Of a stretch of 64,000 nucleotides of DNA, positions 26,571 to 40,335 are shown in pieces. The DNA lies in contig NC_068987.1 in the NCBI RefSeq assembly GCF_001194135.2, positions 102,898,251 to 102,962,250 of the forward strand, written 5' to 3'. Within the stretch, counting starts at the first letter, position 1; each line of letters opens with the position of its first letter. Position numbers and translations under genes: made by a program. This stretch comes from Octopus bimaculoides. Lineage: Eukaryota. Under the pieces are notes generated by a model that saw only the letters and a list, made by a program, of their open reading frames with translations, ran no database searches and was not told where the DNA came from.

Positions 26571-27656
26571 AATAATCTTAACCTTTTCGCAGAATGCATT
26601 TATATGCTTATGTCTGTATACATATACGAAGCAGGTTGCCCTTTGGACAAGCTGTATTTGATACCCTGATGCTTTCGGATTTTTCATCGAGCTTTTTCTT
26701 TATTTTGGAATGATTCTCTTGTGGTATCTGGAACTGCAAAGATAGTAAATATATCATCAACCTTTCTAAACCTATGCAGATGAAATACTGCGGAGGTGAT
26801 TCAAGTCTTAGACTTTTGAGTTTCCAGCGCAATAGCCTTTCGTCTTTTATTTTTGTGTGTGGCTATTATTTGTGAACTTGTTTTAGCTTTGTTATATGAT
26901 ATATGCATAATTCCATCATAAATCGTTTATTTTTGTATGGAACTTTGTAGAGTGATGCTGCGAGGCCTACTAATGTCTTCCATTCAAGTTCTGCTCTGTA
27001 TGGCGGAGAGAAATAGTTTGAAATTGTTCCAGTGTGAGCATGTCGTGGTTTAGATCCAATATATCAGTTGGAGTCTTGAATCTTACAATTACGTCATTTG
27101 TAATCGACTCAGATTCATCATCAATAGTTTTTTTTCGGGCGAGACACATAGATTTAATTTATTATTAATATAGAGATTTAAAATTATAGTGGTATTTTCC
27201 CATTAGATTTAATTAATGATTTGATGCAATGCATAGTGAATTCTGTTTTACGATATTTTTGATAATTTGTTCCTTTACCGTGTAACTAGTATGCATTTGA
27301 TTTATATAATACACATTATGTTTGGTTCTGTTTTAATAGGAGTGGCATACTTTTGTCGCGGTCTATTTCTTTTTACATGTTTTGTTGTATTGCTGATGTA
27401 TGAGACTTTTTAGAATTTAGTTTGCATGTTATTGATTAGTATTAGCCATGTTGTATGGATTTCTTTAGCCAATGCACTTTTGTGAAGGAAAATCTAAATA
27501 TCACAGTAAGAGTTTTTAAACATTTTCATTGTGAGGAGAGTTACTGTCTCTAAGTGAATAAATACATTTATTTGTACCTTCGGGGTAAACAGACAACGTT
27601 TTATCTGATATTCTCTAATACCGGACAAAATACCTCTAAGTATATTTTCCAGCGTA

Positions 27657-28155
27657 CTAACAATTCTGACGGCTTACCACCTTGAGGAGATCTTAATAAA
27701 AATAAGATAAAAGAACTTGGATAGAATAGTATCTTCAGTACAATAATCAGCCTTAAGTGTTACATGTTATTGCTCTCATTAGGTTCAATAACACGTATCG
27801 TTGTAATACTGTCCACTTCGTTCATGTATATAAGAGAAGTGGAGAAGGAAAAAGGTTTTATGGTAGGAGGCAAAAGCATCATCAACATAAAATAGGCAGA
27901 TAGCGCAATCTTATTTACAGAACCGGAACAGGAATTCCAAAGACATCTAGATGTAGGGACCAGAGGAAATGAGAGGAAGGGTCTGTTCATAAATTGAAAG
28001 AAGTCAGTGTGCATGATGGGGACACAGATGGAAAACCCAAAGTATATGCTTAAAGTGAACAATCACATCATTAAGTAAGTATATCCTTCAGCTAACTTGG
28101 AACTTTGATCACAGAAGACGCAAAATATAAGCTGCTTGTGCCATACGTCTATTTC
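27657..28155 (+). mobile_element. RTE-clade RT fragment, copy 2 of the local duplication
   Basis: Collinear with 26010-26570, including the same upstream flank 'gatcttaataa(g/a)aataagataaaagaacttggatagaatagtat'. Confidence 0.85.
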
Positions 28156-28429
28156 GAACATTCCCCTGTACCTTGTGAGTTGGTTTCAATTTACATCTAC
28201 GTTTGCCTCTTTGTGTTTACGTTTATGAAAATTGAGGTTCGAAATTTGTATGTGATATCAAGCATACTTCGTCATTGAAGACACGGTATCTGTAGAAATA
28301 GGTACAGATTGTTCCGACTAAACATGACAGCTTGTTTAAAAGGAAAAGAAAACACTATATCCACCCAAAATATTAGTATTTGCAATTAACCAAAGCATAT
28401 CAAATAGATTATGATTGAAAGAGAAAAGT

Positions 28430-28930
28430 TTATTCAAAGTAGCCGCCCTCAGCTTCCAGTACGATCTCAAGACAGATCTGAAGCAAGCGCATGTATTCCT
28501 CTCGATGACCCTGGGAATATCTTCGAACACCTCCTTGATCTTGGCTACCAGCTACACTTTCGTGTTGCAGGCAGAGCGGTTGGTGTCCTACTCAACTGCG
28601 CCCATGATTATAATGGAAGTGGGGTGTGAAATAGGAGACCTGAAATTGGGGCTGCTTAAGTGTATACATTTCTCCGACAACCATTTCTGACTATTTTCGG
28701 TGGTATGGTAAGGAGCCGAATCCTGCAGTCACACATAGCCTTCCAGCAGGAGCCCTATCCAGCCAGGGATTGACCAGCCTTCAGCAGCTTCACATAGCCA
28801 TTTGAATTGGACCTAACTCCCAGTTCCTGAAATTGCTGGATGAATATCTACGCGCGAACACAATCAGAACGCTTACTGTGTCCCTTACTGCTGGCCACGG
28901 CTGTGTAGTCTCTGTTACATCTGTCCATGT
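28430..28930 (-). mobile_element. Internally deleted maT/DD37D-like mariner transposase remnant
   Basis: KGHSKRSDCVRA joined directly to the ...QDSAPYHTTENSQKWLSE...DTNRSACNTK..LVAKIKEVFEDIPR...GGYFE* region. Confidence 0.8.
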
Positions 28931-30035
28931 GACATCCTACAATCTTTACAGTGTTCACACATTCAGCTGTAGTCATAATGTCGACATTTTGATGCCCGTA
29001 GCAAATCAACATGATACAGCTAACTCTTTTTCAATATTCAGGTGGCTTCCAATCCTGCATGTCAGGTAAATTTTTCAAATATAACTTTAAGCTGTATGCT
29101 CTCCAATGCCGCTGGCTGTTTACCTATGCATCAAGTTGTTCATGGAAAAAGAAGACACCAAAAGTCGTCAAGTTTATCCCGAATACCCAATAATGATTTA
29201 GATTTAACTCATCTAATGTAGTATGCATGAAAATTCAATTCTAAGTAGAAATGCTTATAATATGGTAAAACGACTGCATTGCTAATATACTGATACACTG
29301 ATACTATGCATTGCTGATACACTAATACGCTGTATCATTTCATTGACAATCGGTATTCTGCGAAGTCTTCAACACACACACAAAACGGACAAGAGTTCAG
29401 CGCACGTACAACTGGACGCTACAACGATGAAGTAACTATAATGGCCATGGAAGACAGTACAGAGTCAATACTGAAGGCACAATTTCTCTAACAAGATCAC
29501 CTGCACCGAAAACATCAATAACCGTAACCAAAGTGATACAGCGTTAATAGCTTTTGCCGTACCCGGAGCTAGACAACAATAACAGTTACTATTTTGTGGA
29601 GAAGCCTATCGTTCCATGTATGAAATGGTCAATGATAAAGTCATTGGTACAAAGAAAAACTTATAAAACACTTTGATAAATGCTGTCTATAAACTATTAA
29701 ATTGAGGTATTTAAATTTGTTGACCATTTATGCATGTGCTAGCCATTGTATCGCTTCAGTGTTCAATCGCGTGGTTATTACAAGTGCTTTATGAAACAAA
29801 ACCAAAAAGAAACAAAAGGCAAATGTTTAACAAGTTATAAAACTGTAGTAGCAACATGTACAAATATTTCCCAGGATAATTAGGATTGGATTGGGATTCG
29901 AGATCTTGGCATCATAGTGGAAATTTATTTAAGAGATAGAGAATATTGGCGGTGATATTCTCGGTAAAAAAAAAAAGATAAAAATTACTCAAATGTAATC
30001 ACACATTTACATGAATGTGTTATAAATATATATGA

Positions 30036-30086
<51 letters not shown>

Positions 30087-31297
30087 CGCTGTTAATAAGA
30101 ACGATTAAGCATTATAGCATTATCTGTAGATATATGATATTAAACATAACAAGAGATACGAAGTGTTTTAAAACATATTTTTCTTATTTCATTTAATTTC
30201 ATATAATGATATGATATATGCATATGAGGACTTCTCTCTCTCTCTCTCCCTATGTGTATCTCTTTCACTTAATCTGTCTCTCTCACTTCTCTCCACCTGT
30301 CTTTCTACCCATATGTTTGTATGTGTGTATATTCGTGTTTGTGTTTACGCACTCATGTGTGAAACAGTAAACTGACATCAAAAGTTATTGTATAAAATCG
30401 ATAACCGAGGGATTACAACATATTAAAATTTCCTGTCAAATAGAGATGATTTATGTTCAGTTGAAAGGAAATGTATGTATCTCTATATATGTGTGTATGA
30501 TGCGTATGAGCAATATATATATATATATATACACATACGTACATACACACTCAAATACACACTGTCACACATATATGTGTGTGTGTATGCGTGTGCATAA
30601 ATGTATTTTGTGTATACACAATTACACGTATGAATACACATTTTCATACACCCACTCATACAGAGACAAACAAACGCACATACACACATATATTTAAGCA
30701 AATGAGAAAATTACAATGATAGATAATTACACACAGAAGCACGAATGCATGAATATGTGTGTGTATGCACACGTACACGTGCAAAGCACGCGCATGAACA
30801 CACATATTGAGGCATACCTATTACTCGCAAGTGAATGTACCTTGTGGTATATAATAACTTTTTCGAATTCTTTCAGGTGTTCATGTAGTTGCAAGTAGAT
30901 AACAGACTCAAATCCATCTTTTTATAAAACGCACTCACCACTCATTTATTTATTTCTCCTAAAATAACGTTGTGCCTTGCAAGCTTTTAAGTAGTCGTCG
31001 ACTCTGTCCGTTTTCCGAGCTGAGTTCTTTTTGTCTGTTTCTGCGCAGGTGCGTGGGTCAGTGAGAGTGCGCATACACATGTACTTTTGTATGGGTTTCT
31101 GTGACTATGTACTGTGTCTGTATGTAGAGATGTACGTCTCCATATGTGTCCTGTGTGAAGTGAAGTGTGTGTATATGGTCTCGTGCTTCAGTCTTAATTT
31201 GCGTATGTATGTGTGTCTGTGTGCTTGTCTGTTCATATTATTTTCACTTCACAACAAACACGCACAAACACACACACAAGCACTCACAACACACACA

Positions 31298-31345
<48 letters not shown>

Positions 31346-31599
31346 CGCACACACATATGCATATAGGTAGACTGGATATACAGTCACTGAAATGTAAATA
31401 TGAATCGGATTTATGCTTTACTTCATGCTTGCCCTGGGAATCTTCCGACAGTTTTCAAAAAGAAATTTAATTTAGAAGACATGGTATCATCACTAGTGTC
31501 ATCCAAGCATAAATTAGTACACTGCAAAGTACCTGTCAAAAACTGTGGTCAAACTCAATGTTTAAGGATGAGGGTAATCAATATGACATGTTTTTGATT

Positions 31600-32680
31600 T
31601 AGGATTTCTACAGATCAGAAAATGACCGGCGAATTGATAGAGATTGCTTGGTGCATCACATTGTAAGCGACAAAAGAGTCGGAGGATGATAAGCCGTAGA
31701 GTCCTATGTTGGTAAGCGGTGGATTGTGCTCTGGGAATTCTGTGCAAGTGTTAATATGTGACCAAAACTATGGGCACAAGAGCTTGCAGCTTGGTTAAGA
31801 ATTTGTGGGTCACCTGTCGAATGGATGCACTGTTTAGGTGTTGAGACACATGCCTCAAAGTCATAGTTGTGGATACAGGAACTACAAAGACAGAGAGTGT
31901 GGGAAAGGAAAGTGAAAATAGGATTTAGAGTCGGAGGGCTATAGAAAGCAGAAGTGGAGATGGTGAGGTGGTAATTGTGAAGCTAAGATGCTCGAAAGAG
32001 ACAGTAATTTCAGAAGAATCGAGTGTGTTGGAGATGGGGTATTTGAAATAGAGGGAGGGGAAAGCAACAGACGAAATAGATGAAAGACTTTAGATGTTTC
32101 AGGTAAGGAGAGAAGGTACTGATGCCGTTGTCAATGTAACGCCCGTATACATCTCCGACAGGACCCGGGAAAAACTGGGAAATATTTTGAGATTTAATGT
32201 AGCTACACAAATGTTGCTGCAGTTGACGCCCTATATCGTTCCCATTGTTACTTCACTGAACTATTTATAGATTTCTTCTGTGAAGCAGAATGACATAAGG
32301 TTAAGTATGTTCTGATTTACATCGAATAGTAAAGTTGGTGGAATAGGAACTAGTGCGTGGTTCAAAAAAGCGCTTGAGCGCAGGGAGGTCCTCGTATTGA
32401 GAGATGACTGTAGGTAAAGAGTTGATATTCAAGGAGAAAATGACGTAGCGGTGATGAGAGAGAGAAACAGTTAAAGAAGAGGCATGCAGTATAGATTGTA
32501 TCGTGATCATAGGGGAGGGGAAGAGAAGAGTCTAGGGGTGAAATATGAACCATTGACATCGGTGAAGAGGGAAATATTTATTTTACAAATGAGATAAATC
32601 GGGAGAACGAGTGTGATGAGTCGGAGGTCTTACAGTATTTTCTGTTCCGATCCAAGAAGCGTAAAAGCTAAGTGGATATT
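31600..32680 (-). mobile_element. Penelope-like element, RT fragment
   Basis: HRYVIFSLNINSLPTVISQYEDLPALKRFF (D..SLYT motif region) and GPVGDVYGRYIDNGI (YGRYIDD catalytic motif), plus downstream thumb-region remnants. Confidence 0.85.
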
Positions 32681-32799
32681 AGGTGTAGCTGGTATACGCA
32701 GCTACTACAGTGCTAAAGTCTATATTTCGAAGTTGGACGACTGAAAGAATGAATTAATAATAAAAACTATATTGTACAGTTGTGTATATATGTATTTTG

Positions 32800-33180
32800 T
32801 TGTTGGCACTCCGTCGCTTACGACGTCGAGGTTTCCAGCTGATCCAATCAACGGAACAGCCTGCTCGTGAAAGTAACGTGCAAGTGGCTGAGCACTCCAC
32901 AGACACGTGTAACTTTAACGTAGTTCTCGGGGAGATTCAGCGTCACACAGTGTGACAAGGCTGGCTCCTTTGAAATACAGGTACAACAGAAACAGGAAGA
33001 AAGTGTGAGAGAAAGTTGTGGTGGATGAGTACAGCAGGATTCGCTACCACCCCCTGCCGGAGCTTCGTGGAGCTTTGGGTGTTTTCGATCAATAAACACT
33101 CACAACGTCCGGTCTGGGAATCGAAACCGAGATCCTATGACCGCGAGACCGGTGCCCTAACCACTGGGCCATTGCGCCTC
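32800..33180 (-). mobile_element. tRNA-derived SINE (family C2): same tail as C1, different central domain
   Basis: Minus strand: GGCGCAATGGCCCAGTGGTTAGGGC (A box) and GGTTTCGATTCCCAG (B box). The tail is shared with 25345-25650 and ends CGACGGAGTGCCAACAACAA. Confidence 0.85.
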
Positions 33181-33202
33181 ATATATGTATGCATACATAC
33201 TT

Positions 33203-33233
<31 letters not shown>

Positions 33234-34565
33234 TACACATATATATACATACATATATATATGTATATATATATACACACACACACACACACATATCTAT
33301 TCACACACATGCGCGCAAACAGGTGTGTGTATGTGTGTGCGCGCGTGCTCGTATATGGGTTGGTACTGAATCTTTTTCTGTTTGAAAATGACACACNNNN
33401 NNNNNNNNNNNNNNNNNNNNNNNNNNNNNNNNNNNNNNNNNNNNNNNNNNNNNNNNNNNNNNNNNNNNNNNNNNNNNNNNNNNNNNNNNNNNNNNNNNNN
33501 NNNNNNNNNNNNNNNNNNNNNNNNNNNNNTATATATATATATATATATATTTATATATTCATGAAAACTTCCATTAAAATGTTATTCGTTACTATTATTT
33601 TGAAGTAAATTTGATCGGTATTAGCTACTGGCATATAAGTATTTTCAGTTCGCAACAAACACACACAAACACACACAAGCACGCACGCATACGCACACAC
33701 ACGCACGCACACACGCTTACACACACACACATACAAGCACGCACACACGCACACTCACATACATAGAAGTAGAGAGACAGATTGATAGAATAAGCACATA
33801 CATACACACATATGTATATTAGTTATAGTACAGTGTATGTGTGTTTAAGTATATAGGGTTACCTGTGTTCGTATACAGATATGCTGGCGATGATGTATGA
33901 GGCCATGTTTCTTATTTGCCATACTGACACACATTACACATATTTTACACAATCTTAGCCGCCCATACTTTATATAGGTGTTGTTTATCAGATTGCAATA
34001 AATCTGAAATATATGCAAGTGTACACCTAATTGACCTAATGAAGTGTAAACACCGATAACCCTAAATTATCAATGACTTCTGCATCAATTAACGCATTGT
34101 ATATACACACAAACGTACACACACACACACACACACACACNNNNNNNNNNNNNNNNNNNNNNNNNNNNNNNNNNNNNNNNNNNNNNNNNNNNNNNNNNNN
34201 NNNNNNNNNNNNNNNNNNNNNNNNNNNNNNNNNNNNNNNNNNNNNNNNNNNNNNNNNNNNNNNNNNNNNNNNNNNNNNNNNNNNGGGGGGGGGGGTAGGA
34301 ATATACTCGAATTTTTAATGTTTCTCCTTTAGCTGAAATGATTAGATTTTGCTTGTAGCTGCGATATGTTTGTACCATATGTTGAAAGTGAAGTGCAGGA
34401 GACTGTAATTCAATTTGTTGCACTCAGTATTTCTTATGTGTGAAGATAAATGGTGACCTTTGATACAACAAGCGTCTCATTGTTGGGAATCCTGGTGTAT
34501 TTTCACTGCTGCTCATTTTATAGTGGGACATTATTGCAGCGAACCCTCTATCACTCTCTTTCTCT

Positions 34566-34613
<48 letters not shown>

Positions 34614-34949
34614 ATATATATGTGTGTGTGTGTGTGTGTTTGTGTGTGTATGTGTGTGTGCATGTATTTATGTATGTATGTATATATGTATATTTAAACA
34701 TACGTACCGTTATTGATAAATATCCAACGACGCATGTTTTTTCTGGATATCAACTGATATCCAGAAATTCACATAATAATACAGCTCGGAGTAAGTCGTA
34801 GATGAATGAAACCAAACAATATTACCGCTATATCTTGAGCTGTTAATTCTGATATAGTGGTATTTGAGGATATATTTGATAATCTAATAAAACAGCTAAA
34901 ATCTAGTAAAAACCAAATGTATTTAGATAAAAAAAATTCTCGATAAGCT

Positions 34950-35099
34950 TTCTTCCATGAATCTGCTTTCAGCTTCGATGACAGCATCATGCATCACTGC
35001 AAGACCAGAATCCCTAACATGCTTGCCCTACATAGTCCTTATTCACTTCGCACGTCACCTAGATAACGGCAGCCTTTAAGGTATTAAGAGGGTTTAGAT

Positions 35100-35148
<49 letters not shown>

Positions 35149-35890
35149 AACAATGCTCTCAATGTAGTAGGCTATGGGGTCTCAAGGTTAGTGTTAAATT
35201 ATCGTAGATATTGTCCTACATCCATTCTTCGATTATGTGAGCACTGTGAGAAGGCGCGGAGTTTTGTTCAATGACGTATGGCTTTCCACTCCGTACTTCT
35301 TCCTCCCAGTGCTTAACAACAACCCCTAACACATGAACAGCATAGATTTTAAACCCTCTCAAACGATGAGAGTTGGGCTGCGCTCTTGGGACATAATAAC
35401 TATCTGCATAAAGCCACTTGTCATTTTCCCTTTTAGATATTTGGTCATGGTCGAAATTTTTGTCGTCAGAGAAGAAACAAAGCACGCCATATTTTTGAGG
35501 ATTTTTAACCTCTCACGTAACTACTTCATACGGATCAAATTGTTTTCCCATGTCTTGTAGACAGAAATTGACCTCTCCCATATATAACTTCTATCGAATG
35601 TCCTCGTCTTAATAGTCTACTATTAGTCTACTGCGATACCTGCGGTACTTTAGCGATGGCCCTAAATGATTTTACGAGATCATCATGTTTTCAGTCTAAG
35701 TGAATTGCAGTGTCTTTACAAGGTCCGAACGTTTAGAATGTGGTTTTTTTCCTCTCCGATACAGTTGAAAAATTCCTGCCAACTTTTTCACTTCCATGTG
35801 AGTATTTTGTACAAAAGATCTTGCAATTCTTAAAACGTTGGCAAGTTCTGGATTTCTAAGTTCCTGCACATATAGTGACAATGAATGCAT
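34950..35890 (-). mobile_element. maT/DD37D-like mariner transposase remnant
   Basis: ELANVLRIARSFV...KPHSKRSD; FFSDDKNFDHDQISKRENDKWL; KPYVIEQNSAPSHSAHIIEEWM; and a terminal AVIEAESRFME. Interrupted by (CT)n at 35101-35146. Confidence 0.85.
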
Positions 35891-36524
35891 GAAATTTAAT
35901 TGTTTTGTGTGTGTGTGTTAGCATTGTATCTGAAAGAAATGAAAACATTTTAATTGGTCTGAAGAGAGTAATATACTGATATTCAAGTACCCTCAAATCC
36001 CCTTCGCATCTTCAGTTAGTGAAATGAGCAACCGTCTCATTTAAATGAGAGAATGCCAAAGAAATAGTTTACATCTAAAATAGACTGGAATCGAAACCTG
36101 CTCTGTGAATTGGTTTCACTAGTACTTCCTTCTTCCTATACTTCTTGAGAGAAAGAAATATTTTAGGCAATAGATTGGATAAACAATTGTCACACACGCT
36201 TTTCTTCACGTTTACAGAATTTGAACTAATAATATGGAAATTACCCTACAATTTCGGAAGAAATTATAATGCATCAACTTTTTTTCTTTCGCTTGGTTTA
36301 ATGCTTCACTTAGGTTGGTGTTGGTAACACTTTTCTGTTTATATTAATGATATTTGCTTGTTGTTTGTATATTATGAAATAAAGTACAGTTAAAATTTAT
36401 GCAGTTTGTTTCCGTATCTAAAGTGCTTGCATATTTCATGAGTAAACACAAGTATTTGTATTTCTCGTTATTTGTATCACTTTGGCAAGTGTTGTAATTT
36501 ATAAAAAAACATACTAGAAAACAT

Positions 36525-36910
36525 TTATTCTGTGGCATATAGGTGTAAGAGTTTTCGTGCAGCAAGAAATTTGCTTCCAACCATACGTACCAAGTTCAGT
36601 CCATCAGTGTGGAATCTTGTGCAAGTATCTTTTATTACAGTATCTTTTATTAGAGCACCGGGCGGATTAAACGCTTGTGAGTGGATTTGGTAGACAGAAC
36701 TGCAAGAAGCAGATCGTATATATGTATGTATGTGTGTGTGTACGCGTGTGTGTGTGTGCGTTTGTGTGTGTGTTTGTGTGTGTGTTTCGGTTACCACAAC
36801 TTGACAACCAGAGTTGGGTTTTTTCATGCTTCGGAAAATAAGAACTGGAGAGGATCAGTTCGACTACAAATTTTAAGGCCGTACCGTAGCATGGCGACAG
36901 TCTAATGATG
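36525..36910 (+). mobile_element. Near-complete SINE family B with internal (GT)n
   Basis: 'aagaaatttgcttccaaccatacgtaccaagttcagtcc...cttgtgcaagtatctt...cttgtgagtggatttggtagac...(GT)n...cttgacaacc...tcgacta...gcatggcgacagtc'. Confidence 0.75.
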
Positions 36911-37644
36911 GGAACGATATATACGTGCTCACACACACCTACACATACACATATATATCGTAATTCTTGATTTCGTTTCATTTTTCTCCTTCCTTTACTT
37001 GCACCAACCTTCTTCATGTTATCTTCCACGCTCTTTCTTAATTTCTCACTGACCAGCGTCCTTATTCAAAAAAAATTACATATAACGCATAAACAGAGCC
37101 CCAAAGATTTCTTTAAGATACATACCGTATTTTATATATATGCTTGTTCAAGTATCATAATAGCATGAAACTATTAGTAGCTCTTCTGTATATTTAATTA
37201 TAAATGCGTGTGTGTGTGCCGTATGCGACATGCGTGGCAGAGCGGGTTGAATATTCTAATTACGTGAATGTATGTGACATCATTTTGAATAAGAGCTGAT
37301 AAACACTTCATTGAAGTTACTTGCTTTTAATATGCATATGTAGATCTAAATGCGTTCTTTTCTTAGATTCCGGGCACGTTTGCAAAATTTGTAAAATTGA
37401 GTGAATACACTTGACTAATTTACACATGAATTGATACTGGGACTATGAAAATTCTACTTGTGTGTTTATATGTATATATTTTTTTTTTTCATAATTCTAA
37501 ATTAACATGCAACACAAAATACTTCTTACATTTTTTATATTTGCAAGAAAAATAATTTCCTGTTCATATTTTCCGTACTCTAATGAACATATATCTATCA
37601 TGTAAACAATTATTCATTATATACAATTTAAAGGCGAAATAATG

Positions 37645-37703
<59 letters not shown>

Positions 37704-37704
<1 letters not shown>

Positions 37705-37940
37705 GTGCCTTAGGTATAATACAAAAATATTCAGACAAATACATAACAAAAACACCAGGACTTACAAATATATATAACATACAGAAAATTAGAATACTAG
37801 GCACTGCACACATCCTACGCAAATCACTTTCAATACAGTAACCATAAGAGCGCCATAGCAAACCACAGCACATAACCAAGGTACACAGAGCTGCGCTCGG
37901 TACTGAAGTGAAAGCAAGTTATAAAAATAAAACTACTGAA
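37704..37940 (+). mobile_element. 3' end of an R4/Dong-like (RLE) non-LTR retrotransposon
   Basis: SALGIIQKYSDKYITKTPGLTNIYNIQKIRILGTAHILRKSLSIQ* (typical GALG...LLGTAHILRK end) plus a short 3'UTR, embedded between (AAT)n arrays. Confidence 0.8.
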
Positions 37941-39080
37941 AAAAAAAATAAGAAGAAGAAGAAGAATGATAATAATGATAATAATGATAATAATAATAAT
38001 AATAATGATAATAATGATAATAATAATAATAATAATATATTTAGGAATACATACTTTCAATCATCTATCACGTTTGAAACAACTTTTTTTAAATGAGAAA
38101 TTTGAACGCCAGATGTTAATTACAGCAAAAACAAATACGTGAAATAATTAACAAGTCTCCAAAAATACTGTTAAACATTTATACTACCCACACGCAAAAT
38201 TATAGATATATGAGTGCCTTTATAAACAAGCCATACTGGAAACCAAAAATGATATTACGCAGATATTAACGTCACTAAGCTCAAACAGTGTTTTTCGATT
38301 CTTTTCAGCCAACAGCTACGCATCCTTACAGTCTACAAGTGAAACTGGGAGCATTTCTTTGTTACAACGCAATTTAGATCCACCTTGATACTGATTTACA
38401 TTTAGCAATCCATTTGGTAGGAGACAATTCAAGCTGTCGCTAACGTTAACTAATACGGTGGGATTTGGAAAAAGCTCATAGAGATAATAATTCCTATTCT
38501 AATTGAAGGTTATTTATAATTCATTTTTTATAGTACAACGTAGTATAAAATTAGCTTTTAAGGCAGGCATATCAATGTACAATTTACCAATAATAATTGT
38601 AGGCTTTACAATAGCTCCCAGAATAATATAATTTAATTACTATTGGAATAGAAATTTAAGTAAAAAATTGTGACAGATTTATATAATATGGCAAGGGGTT
38701 ACCTCCTATTAATGGACTTAGTTTTAAGAAGAGGCAAAATACGGTATGGATCTTCAAATTTTGATTTTTTGTTCGATTTTTTCTTTTTTTTTCTTTTTAA
38801 AGATTGTTCTAAAAAGTTGTTCCCCGAAGAAGTGTAAAGCAACCTATATATTTGACTTAAACTTGACGGTTAAATATAGCTTTATACAGAAATGTTAATA
38901 TCGGATTAAATAACATAAATAACATTCATATGGATATTGGCGTTAAATCTCTTTCTTAAATGTAAAAATTTTAAGCTTTGGATATATAAACAAGGGGAAC
39001 GATCCCTAAGGAGTCTAATTTAGATTTTTTTGCAGTGAAATCTCCTGCTCTATTGGTAAAGATTACATAGTTTACTTTGA

Positions 39081-39126
<46 letters not shown>

Positions 39127-39244
39127 TTAAACAAAGACATACATACATGTGCCTATGCATATGTGTATATATATACATACATATATTATATAACTTGGTA
39201 TGAGAATAGACAAACATTTAGATAATCATTTTATATTTATGATT

Positions 39245-40335
39245 TACATCAACGTAATAAATGCATATATAAATGCATATAACATAAAATTACATGAAGA
39301 CAAGGAACATAGCTATATATTACTTAGAATAGAAATAAGAGTTGTATGGGGTAAAATTGTACGTGAAAAGGATAATTAAATAAAGGTTGATATATCGATT
39401 AAAAATTATATTGAATTTAAGGTTAAAAATCGCTGAAATTAAGGATTAAAATTATAAGATACATCGGCAGTAGTGAGAAATTCTAATTATGGATTTAAAA
39501 GTTTAGAGGAGTTCCGAAGAAATGTTTGTAGAGGGTTATGAAGCAATTCGACGTCCGTTTCTGGAGTCTATTAGTCAACAGGTGTGAATCCTTTAGTTTC
39601 ACACTGACTTCATCAGGAATAAGTAAATAGATAATTAAGTTTGAAGACATGTAAAAGAAAAGCAGAGAAAATTTTAGGTCACGTTACTTCACGTTAGTCT
39701 TACAGATTGCGAAGATATGAAGAAACAATTTTTGGGTATATCTGCAAAAAATAACCCATCGAGGGATAAATACTTGGAAACACTTTTACATAAGACAACG
39801 GAATTCATCAATAGATTCGGATGGTGTGCTTTCTTTTATGATAATAAATTAAAATGAACCGTGGAAAAAGATAATCACCACTTGACGTCTTTTGAAAACC
39901 CTCCGTCTAAACCGGCTCTCATGAACTTTGAGAAGGACCAAATGAATCTCATAAAAAATTTTAATGTTTTAAAACATATTAAGTCCTTTCAGATGAAACT
40001 ATAGGAAGAAATTTCAAAAATAAAATCATCACCGGATCTATAACACTCTACAACACTCTATATACATTTCTTCGGAACTCCTCTAAACTTTTAAATCTAC
40101 AATTAAGATTTCTCACTACTGCTGATGTATCTTACAATTTTAATCCTTAATTGCAACGTTTTTTAGCCTTAAATTTGATATGATTTTTAATCGATATATC
40201 AACCATAATTTATTTATCCTTTTCACGTACATTTTCAGCTCATATGACTCTTATTTCTATTCTAAGTAACATATAGATATGTTCCGTGTATTGACGTAAT
40301 TTTATATTATATGTACTTATTATGTTGATGTCAAG
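39245..40335 (+). mobile_element. Penelope-like element with ~290-bp inverted terminal segments and an ORF N-terminal remnant
   Basis: Arms about 39245-39540 and 40050-40335 are reverse complements ('ggaacata.ctatat.ttacttagaatagaaataagag...gatacatc.gcagtagtgagaaat...aaaagtttagaggagttccgaagaaatg'). The spacer encodes KNNPSRDKYLETLLHKTTEFINRFGWCAFFYDNK, similar to PLE ORF starts (KNIPIPS...FIKRMRWKAFF). Confidence 0.75.
39546..39620 (-). ncRNA. Type I hammerhead-ribozyme-like motif
   Basis: Minus strand: ATTC-CTGATGA-AGTC...GACT(CCA)-GAAA-CGGAC-GTC-GAAT. Has a 4-bp stem I (ATTC/GAAT), a near-palindromic mini stem III (ACGGACGT) and a GUC cleavage triplet. Stem II carries a long hairpin and a 3-nt bulge. 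Confidence 0.6.

Noticed and set aside
26850-27560. Protein-like minus-strand stretches (also 42030-42330, 29380-29790 and 56150-56660)
   Set aside because: Probably decayed TE ORFs, but there is no diagnostic motif I can defend. Needs TBLASTX against Repbase/Dfam.
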